A stretch of 64,000 nucleotides of DNA from positions 91,346-155,345 of the forward strand of contig JBFWOS010000001.1 of assembly GCA_050250375.1 (NCBI GenBank), given 5' to 3'. Positions 57,779 to 64,000 of the stretch are shown piece by piece; within the stretch, counting starts at the first letter, position 1; every line of letters begins with the position of its first letter. The notes beneath the pieces were generated by a model. That model worked only from the letters and a program-made list of their open reading frames with translations, was not told the DNA's origin and did not search any database. This stretch comes from Candidatus Omnitrophota bacterium (lineage in GTDB: Bacteria > Omnitrophota > Gorgyraeia > Zapsychrales > Zapsychraceae). The translations under genes were made by a program, and so were the position numbers.

Positions 57779-58904
57779 TTTTTAGCGCTTGGTATTGATA
57801 ATAATTCACCTCAATATTTCCATTAAATAATTTGCGCACCTTGTCCGGCCGGCCGCGGGTGAAAAATTCCGGGAAACGTTTGTCGGATGTTAGAAAATAC
57901 AGGGACCAGCCTTTCTGATTTCTAAACTTTTCATCTAAGGCGTGGTACAGCGGGTTGAGATCCCGGAGGGTGGAAAGCGTAACACCGTACGGCGGATTGG
58001 AGATGACCATACCGGTTTCCAAATCCAGCTGTAAATCACAGGCGTCTTTTGCTTCAAAGACAATATCTTTCTCAACGCCCGCGTTTGCGGCATTCTCCCG
58101 GCAGCATTTGACCAAATCCGGTTCAATGTCATACCCCCTGATCCGCAAACCGCCGGACGGAACAATCCCCTGGCGGGCTTCGTCCCTCGCCGTTGTCCAG
58201 GCCTTGGGATCAATCACCGGCCATTGTTCCGAAATAAACGTGCGGTTCATCCCCGGAGCAATATTACGCGCCAGCATCGCCGCTTCAATTAAAATTGTCC
58301 CGGCCCCGCACATCGGATCGATCAGGAATTGATCTTTTTTCCATCCGCTCAAAACAACCAGCGCCGCCGCCAGGGTCTCCCGGATCGGGGCCTCGCCGGT
58401 CTTCTTTCGGTACCCGCGTTTGTGCAGGCCGTCACCGGATGTATCCAGCGTGATTAAGGCCATATCTTTTAAAATCCCGATGTGGATCGTGAACTCCGGG
58501 CCGGTTTCGGGAAACTCGTTGCGGTTAAACTTTTCTTTCAGCCGTTCAATGATGGCTTTTTTACCGACCGACTGATTGGACCGTACGCTCTCGAGTTTCG
58601 ATTTGACGGAACTCCCGGTGACGGTAATTTTCCCTTCCGGGATCAGCCATTGTTCGAACGGGATCGCCTTGATCCCGTCAAACAATTGGTCGAAATCGCG
58701 CGCCTCAAACTGCCCGAGTTTGACCACGACCCGGTCCGCGCAGCGCAGATGGATGTTCGCTTTGGGGATCTCGTTAATCGTCGCGTCAAATTCGATCTTG
58801 CCGTCAGAACCGGCCGTCGTGAAAAAACCAAGGTCGCGGACTTCCTTTTTAACAAGGGCTTCGAGGCCGAAGGTGGATGTGGCTATGAGCGAAATTTTAG
58901 TCAT
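57747..58904 (-). CDS. THUMP-domain rRNA methyltransferase, RlmL-like
   Basis: FGLEAL, LHKRGYR, APIRETLAA, DPMCGAGT, NPPYG; start MTKISL. Confidence 0.9.
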   Translation of the reverse strand: MTKISLIATSTFGLEALVKKEVRDLGFFTTAGSDGKIEFDATINEIPKANIHLRCADRVVVKLGQFEARDFDQLFDGIKAIPFEQWLIPEGKITVTGSSVKSKLESVRSNQSVGKKAIIERLKEKFNRNEFPETGPEFTIHIGILKDMALITLDTSGDGLHKRGYRKKTGEAPIRETLAAALVVLSGWKKDQFLIDPMCGAGTILIEAAMLARNIAPGMNRTFISEQWPVIDPKAWTTARDEARQGIVPSGGLRIRGYDIEPDLVKCCRENAANAGVEKDIVFEAKDACDLQLDLETGMVISNPPYGVTLSTLRDLNPLYHALDEKFRNQKGWSLYFLTSDKRFPEFFTRGRPDKVRKLFNGNIEVNYYQYQALKSDQGSGISDR

Positions 58905-58917
58905 GAATAAATTCCAG

Positions 58918-60462
58918 TTACCAATCAATCGGATAATAGTCTTTCAGGAATTTTCCGCACCAGTGGGTCCCGGTCAGGATCCCGTGAAAAAACGGATCAC
59001 ACACGCGCGCGGCCCCGTCGACGATGTCCAGCGGCGGTTGAAAATCATGCACCTCCTGCCTCCGTTTGGCAAGGATTATGGGATCTTCGTCCGTCACCCA
59101 GCCCGTGTCCACCGCGTTCATGAATATCCCGCTTTTCGACAAATCCGCGGCCGACGTGTGGGTCAGCATATTCAAAGCGGCCTTGGCCATATTGGTATGC
59201 GGATGACGGGCGGCTTTTTTGTAACGGTGGAACTTGCCTTCCATCGCCGAGACATTCACAATGTGTTTCATCCCGGTGTTGTCGCGTTTCATCATCCCGC
59301 TGAGCCGGTTGCACAGCACAAACGGGGCGATCGCGTTGACCAGCTGGATTTCCAGCATCTCCGCCGTCGGAATATCTCCCAGGGTCAATCGCCAGCTGTT
59401 GGTCGTGCGCAGGTCCACCTGCTGCAGGTCCGCGTCAAGTTTGCCTTCCGGAAAAACCTCCCGGGACGCGAGGGTATGATCATACGCGTAAGGGATCTGC
59501 GACAACTGCGCGCTGGCCAGCATCCCGATCCCGGGTCGCTTGGTGTTCCAGTTCACCGGCAGGGCCGCCTGGTCAATCTGGGTCACGGAAGCCCCCTGCA
59601 TCACCTGCCGTTTGCAGTCATCAAAACGGGAAAGCAGAACACGGGCTTCCCCGGGCAATTCCTGAATGGATTTCAATTCCATCGGGATGAGGTGCGCGTA
59701 AAATCCGGGCGGACGGCGCACGGTCTGCGCGGCGTTATTGATCAAAAGATCCAGCCGGTCGAAATTCTGCTCGACGTACCGGCAAAATATTTCTACGCTC
59801 GGCGTGTGCCGCAGATCCAGGCCGTAGATGTGCAGACGGTCTTTCCAATCCGAGTAATCAGGTTCTTTGGCATATCTCAAGGCCGAGTCGACGGGGAAAC
59901 GCGTTGTCGCGATCACCGTGGCCCCGGCCCTCAGCATCATCATCGTCGACTGGTAACCGATCTTGAGCCTTGAACCGGTGATCACCGCGACCTGTCCATT
60001 CAGAGGCGCGGTCTGAAATCTTTTCTGATAGTTGAATTCCGCGCACACCGGGCACATCTGGTCATAAAAATGATGCAGTTCCAGAAAATCAGCCTTGCAG
60101 ACATAACAATTGCGCGGGGAAATCAGACGTCCCGTCTTTTCCCGGATATGCTCAACGGCGACTTTTTCAGGCGCGGTAAATACCTGTGCCTCACGCGCCC
60201 GGCGGATTCCGGTTGAGGCCCGGGCCTTGCGTTCCTGGTTGACGACCTTCTGCCGTTCGGCCCGCCGCAAATCACTGAGCCTTTTCCGGATCTCTTCTTT
60301 ATCCGGACGGGAGAGTTTGCCGGCCGCCGTCAGAAGCGCCAGCCTTTGTTCATTGGACAACCCGGTCAGCCGTTCCGTATCTTCAAGCAGATGTTCCAGC
60401 ACCCGGATACAAAGGTCGACGTCATCCGAAGAATATTTTTGTGATTGTTGTGTTTCGTCCAT
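58918..60462 (-). CDS. SDR oxidoreductase with N-terminal Zn-finger-like region
   Basis: CYVC..HHFY..CPVC; [25 protein letters not shown]. Confidence 0.88.
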   Translation of the reverse strand: MDETQQSQKYSSDDVDLCIRVLEHLLEDTERLTGLSNEQRLALLTAAGKLSRPDKEEIRKRLSDLRRAERQKVVNQERKARASTGIRRAREAQVFTAPEKVAVEHIREKTGRLISPRNCYVCKADFLELHHFYDQMCPVCAEFNYQKRFQTAPLNGQVAVITGSRLKIGYQSTMMMLRAGATVIATTRFPVDSALRYAKEPDYSDWKDRLHIYGLDLRHTPSVEIFCRYVEQNFDRLDLLINNAAQTVRRPPGFYAHLIPMELKSIQELPGEARVLLSRFDDCKRQVMQGASVTQIDQAALPVNWNTKRPGIGMLASAQLSQIPYAYDHTLASREVFPEGKLDADLQQVDLRTTNSWRLTLGDIPTAEMLEIQLVNAIAPFVLCNRLSGMMKRDNTGMKHIVNVSAMEGKFHRYKKAARHPHTNMAKAALNMLTHTSAADLSKSGIFMNAVDTGWVTDEDPIILAKRRQEVHDFQPPLDIVDGAARVCDPFFHGILTGTHWCGKFLKDYYPIDW

Positions 60463-60486
60463 TGTTTACGCTGCTACAAGGTATTT

Positions 60487-61206
60487 CTATTTGTGGTCGG
60501 GGACAACATAAGCCTTCCAGCGACCCTCGGCCCAGTCTTCGGTTTTTTTCATCGCCGCTATCTTAAAGTCAATCACCTGGTTTTTATATTCATCAACGGT
60601 GATGGTCCGGTTCTGGTATTTTTTAAAAAGGTCCTTTTCCTTAATGTAAACCTCTTTCATCAGGATGTAATTCCTCCTGTACCGTTCCCGTGCCCCAGCT
60701 TCCTCGGTCATCATGGCTCCATACCTGGATAACTGATAAACATGATAGATCTCTTGAATCCGGCGCCGGGTGGCCTGGTTAAAATCACCATGAAAAAGCA
60801 ATGTCATCCGGAACCGGTCTTCCATAAAACTTTCTAAATCCGTGTCCGACATCTGATCCAGACGGACCTTTCGGATACACCCGCTGTGTTTGAGCATCCT
60901 GAGATTTTTCTTGCAGTAACCTTTCCAGGGCTCATCAAACGGCTGAATTTGTTCACAGGCGTAAATATACTCCCGCAGAGCCTTATTCCTTTGCGGCCCG
61001 CCCTGGGGATTCCGGTTCAATTCGCGCAGAATCTCATCGAATTTCCGGTGAATAATTGTCCGGCTTTCCAGGATCTTGCCGCCATGATATTCAAACCCCA
61101 TACGACCAGTAAATTTGATGAGATCCGGAGCGTTCAATGCGGCCAAACCACCCGTGAAAAGGACGGTCCCGGTCAATAAAAGTTTATAAAACTTAATTCT
61201 GGTCAG
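60487..61206 (-). CDS. Hypothetical protein, paralog of 61225..61947; probable CTG start
   Basis: Shares AALNA, EYHG.KILE.RTI, ACEQ..PFD.P..GYC, DWA.G.WK.Y.VP. Confidence 0.8.
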   Translation of the reverse strand: MTRIKFYKLLLTGTVLFTGGLAALNAPDLIKFTGRMGFEYHGGKILESRTIIHRKFDEILRELNRNPQGGPQRNKALREYIYACEQIQPFDEPWKGYCKKNLRMLKHSGCIRKVRLDQMSDTDLESFMEDRFRMTLLFHGDFNQATRRRIQEIYHVYQLSRYGAMMTEEAGARERYRRNYILMKEVYIKEKDLFKKYQNRTITVDEYKNQVIDFKIAAMKKTEDWAEGRWKAYVVPDHK

Positions 61207-61224
61207 TTGAATTTTCCTCGCCGA

Positions 61225-61947
61225 TCACTTCTTGGGGACAATATACGATTTCCACTTCCCCTGCGCCCAGTCAGGAGTCTGCTTCATGGCTGAAATCTTC
61301 AGATCAATCACCAATTTCTTGTAAGCATCAATGGTCAGAGACCGCTTGTAATAAGCCTTAAGCCATTCTTTTTCCTTTTGGTACACGTCCTTCATCAGCC
61401 GGTGTGTCCGGCGGTAGTGTTCTCTGGATTCAGGATTGACTTCAGCCCCGCTTTTGTACCGGTAATATTGGTGGACATGGTAAAGGTCTTTAACCCGCAA
61501 GTCCATCGCTTTTTTAAAATCACCGTACACGATAATATTGGTTTGAAATTTTTCCGCCAGGAAATCATACAGTTCCTGATCCGTCAGCTGATTCAGACGG
61601 ACCCGGCGGATACAATCGAAATGCCGGTACACCCTGGAGTTCTGATTGCAATAACCGCGCCGTGGCTGATCAAAAGGAGGAACCTGTTCGCATGCGACAA
61701 CAAATTGGCGCAGCAGTTTTTGCCGCAGGGTCTGTTCCTGGGCCGCCGGATCATTGTTCAGCCGGTACATCAGTTCATCCGCTTTCTGCCGGACAATCGT
61801 CCGCGTTTCCAATATTTTTTGGCCGTGATACTCCGCGCCCTGTTGGCAGACAAACACGGTTAGCTCGGCCGCGTTGAGCGCCGCAACCACCCCGGCCGAT
61901 GTTAAAATACCCGCATAAACCAGATTGAGAAACTTCCGTTGAGACAT
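61225..61947 (-). CDS. Hypothetical membrane-anchored or secreted protein
   Basis: Hydrophobic N-terminus; tandem paralog. Confidence 0.8.
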   Translation of the reverse strand: MSQRKFLNLVYAGILTSAGVVAALNAAELTVFVCQQGAEYHGQKILETRTIVRQKADELMYRLNNDPAAQEQTLRQKLLRQFVVACEQVPPFDQPRRGYCNQNSRVYRHFDCIRRVRLNQLTDQELYDFLAEKFQTNIIVYGDFKKAMDLRVKDLYHVHQYYRYKSGAEVNPESREHYRRTHRLMKDVYQKEKEWLKAYYKRSLTIDAYKKLVIDLKISAMKQTPDWAQGKWKSYIVPKK

Positions 61948-61979
61948 TTATTCACCACCGTGACTGTTCCCTGCAATAT

Positions 61980-62007
61980 CGATCCCTGTTCACTGTTCAC
62001 TGTTCAC
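61980..62007. repeat. 7-bp tandem repeat array
   Basis: CGATCCC TGTTCAC TGTTCAC TGTTCAC, spanning the stop of the SGNH gene. Confidence 0.85.
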
Positions 62008-63336
62008 TATCTTAACAAACTTTCCCGTTTCTTTATCAAATTTAAATGTCCGCTCCCCCGCGCCCCAATATTCACGTCCGGCCAGAAAACGCATGATCAC
62101 TTCCGCGTAATAGACATTCCCCAGGGCGTTGTAATGGTTGGTCGGGTTTAATAAATTTTCCCGCTTGACGTTCTTTTCAGCAAACTTTGCTTCTAACGCG
62201 CGTTGTGAATCAATGTATTCAACCCGGTCTTTATATTCAAACAGTTTGCGCCGGACGGCTTCGGGCAATTCCGAAAAATTACCCGCACAGAAAAAAATAA
62301 CCTGGCTGTTGTTGGCCCGCGCGACCGACAGGAGGTTGTCCAGCAAAAGGACATTCAGTTGAATATCGTTGTCTTTGTATTCAATTGTTTTTCCCCGGGC
62401 GATATTCGACCAGATCATATATTTGACGACCAAAGCCGTGTTTGAAAATCTGAATAAATCCGAAGACAGGAAACTCTTCTGCGGGTCAAACCCCAGGATT
62501 TTCTCCAGTTGTTCGCGCATGAACGGCCGGTGAAAATAATCAAACGGGGTCACCGCGTGTGTCAATAAATGCCCGTCCTCTTCCCGCAGCTGAACCCGGT
62601 AAAAAGCGGAATGTTTCAGGTTCAGCCGGTTTTCTTTGGACACTTCCGAGACGACTTCGTCCCGAGGTCCCAGAAGAATATAATTGAAGATGACCACATC
62701 CGGGTTGTACCGCAGACCGTCTTTCAAATAACGCAGATAACTCTGGCCCAGCCCGTAACCGGACACGCCGAAATTCAGCACCTCGAGCTGCCCCATGCTT
62801 TTCTCAAGAAAATGCGTCCAGATCGTATGTTCAGGCTGATAATCGCCAAAGACAAACGAATCCCCGAAGGCCGCCACGCGCAGGGTGTCCCGAGGCGGGA
62901 CCAGGCTATAGTTGCGCAGCGCGCGCAATCCCTGGGGCGAACTCTTGTCCGCCAGCCCCTCCTTGACGCCTTCCTTTATATAGAAAATCCGCTGGTCTTT
63001 TTGCAGGTACCGGATATATTCTTTGCCTTTTCCGACCGTATACGACAACTCATTATCCACCGTATAAAAATTATTGGTATGCCCCGGATTGGAGTACATC
63101 GCCTCAACGATCCTGGATTTAATCAAATGATCCAGCGTCTGCTGGTGCCCGATCAGAAAAAAACTTTCCTGCCGGTTGACCAGAAACAGCAAGGCCCCGT
63201 ACGACACCGCCTCGATAAGAAACAGGTTAATGAACAGGATAAAAATTCCGTTGAGGAGTTTGAAGGAACGATTATTTCTTTTGAAAACAAGAAATATCAG
63301 GCATGACCCGAAACTTAGAAATAATATACTCAGCAT
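61990..63336 (-). CDS. Membrane-anchored SGNH/GDSL-family protein
   Basis: Two N-terminal TMs; AFGDSFVFG, NFGVSGYG, NHYN..GN. Confidence 0.82.
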   Translation of the reverse strand: MLSILFLSFGSCLIFLVFKRNNRSFKLLNGIFILFINLFLIEAVSYGALLFLVNRQESFFLIGHQQTLDHLIKSRIVEAMYSNPGHTNNFYTVDNELSYTVGKGKEYIRYLQKDQRIFYIKEGVKEGLADKSSPQGLRALRNYSLVPPRDTLRVAAFGDSFVFGDYQPEHTIWTHFLEKSMGQLEVLNFGVSGYGLGQSYLRYLKDGLRYNPDVVIFNYILLGPRDEVVSEVSKENRLNLKHSAFYRVQLREEDGHLLTHAVTPFDYFHRPFMREQLEKILGFDPQKSFLSSDLFRFSNTALVVKYMIWSNIARGKTIEYKDNDIQLNVLLLDNLLSVARANNSQVIFFCAGNFSELPEAVRRKLFEYKDRVEYIDSQRALEAKFAEKNVKRENLLNPTNHYNALGNVYYAEVIMRFLAGREYWGAGERTFKFDKETGKFVKIVNSEQ

Positions 63337-63366
63337 AAAATAGGATCAACAGGGACTCGGGCCCGC

Positions 63367-64000
63367 TTATTTCTCAAACAGCGGGACATATTGTCCGTAT
63401 CCCTCTTTGACCAGGTCCTCTTTGGGAATAAACCGCAGGGCCGCGGAATTCATACAGTACCGCTGGCCGGTGGGAGACGAACGTTCCCCGTCAAACACGT
63501 GGCCCAGATGTGAATCCGCTTCTTTACTGCGAACCTCGGTCCGGAACATGCCGTGACTGTCATCATCCTTCTCGATGACATTCGCCGGTTCAAGCGGTTT
63601 GCTGAAACTCGGCCAGCCGGTCCCGGAATCATATTTATCCAGAGAACTGAACAGCGGTTCCCCGGAGACAACATCCACATAAATCCCATCACGGTGGTTA
63701 TTCCAATATTTGTTACGAAACGCGGGTTCGGTTGAATTTTCCTGGGTGACGGCAAACTGGATCGGCGTCAGTTTTTTCTGCAGGTCGGACTCGCTGTATT
63801 TTTTAAGTGATACTTTCCTCGGCAGCGGGCAGAGATTGGGGGCGTTATTCCAGGTTTTTTCCAGAAATTTTTCCCGTCCTGAACCGGCGCGGTATTTTTT
63901 GTAATCACCGGGTTCTTTCAGGGAATAGTCCTGATGATATTCTTCGGCCGGGTAAAACACGCCGGCTTTAAGGATCTGGGTGACGACCGGTTTTTTAAAC
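63367..64000 (-). CDS. msrAB: Methionine sulfoxide reductase MsrA-MsrB fusion, 3' part
   Basis: [11 protein letters not shown] (MsrA end) followed by [24 protein letters not shown] (MsrB); frame open to window end. Confidence 0.93.
   Translation of the reverse strand, partial: FKKPVVTQILKAGVFYPAEEYHQDYSLKEPGDYKKYRAGSGREKFLEKTWNNAPNLCPLPRKVSLKKYSESDLQKKLTPIQFAVTQENSTEPAFRNKYWNNHRDGIYVDVVSGEPLFSSLDKYDSGTGWPSFSKPLEPANVIEKDDDSHGMFRTEVRSKEADSHLGHVFDGERSSPTGQRYCMNSAALRFIPKEDLVKEGYGQYVPLFEK

Noticed and set aside
58576-59973. 465-aa plus-strand ORF
   Set aside because: Antisense to the well-supported SDR and rlmL-like genes; typical GC-rich shadow frame.
61225-61227. TGA as selenocysteine or a recoded genetic code
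   Set aside because: It aligns with the paralog's natural C-terminus rather than a Cys, and TGA ends many conserved genes in this window.
1-64000. CRISPR array, tRNA/rRNA, integrase or transposase
   Set aside because: None recognised by eye; the repeats found are 7-10 bp tandem units without spacers. A covariance-model scan was not possible.

Overview
Gene-dense bacterial chromosomal window with about 62 CDS. Nearly all lie on the minus strand; only about 5 are on the plus strand. I saw no rRNA, tRNA, CRISPR array, integrase or transposase. Content: pepA (partial), citrate synthase, an HD-GYP regulator, surE, an Rrf2-led assimilatory sulfate-reduction operon (cysH-cysD-cysN), mutY, NAD kinase, sirtuin, HtrA, SET-domain protein, signalling proteins, xth, separate rlmK and rlmL genes, uup and msrAB (partial), plus many secreted or membrane orphans. 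The gene style tentatively suggests Ca. Omnitrophota; this is an inference I could not test. The best candidate for an undescribed system is a set of orphan pilus-motor fusions: two tandem MinD/CpaE(TadZ)-CpaF(TadA) fusion ATPases and a PilT with a C-terminal receiver domain that resembles a nearby dual-receiver protein. Other notable items are a divergent operon with a probable JAB/MPN protein carrying a large insert, 7-bp repeats that supply the stop codons of three genes, an unlisted 22-aa lysine-rich ORF, an in-frame paralog pair with a probable CTG start, and an AsmA protein built from four ~126-aa repeats. All family calls come from motif recognition by eye; no database searches were run.
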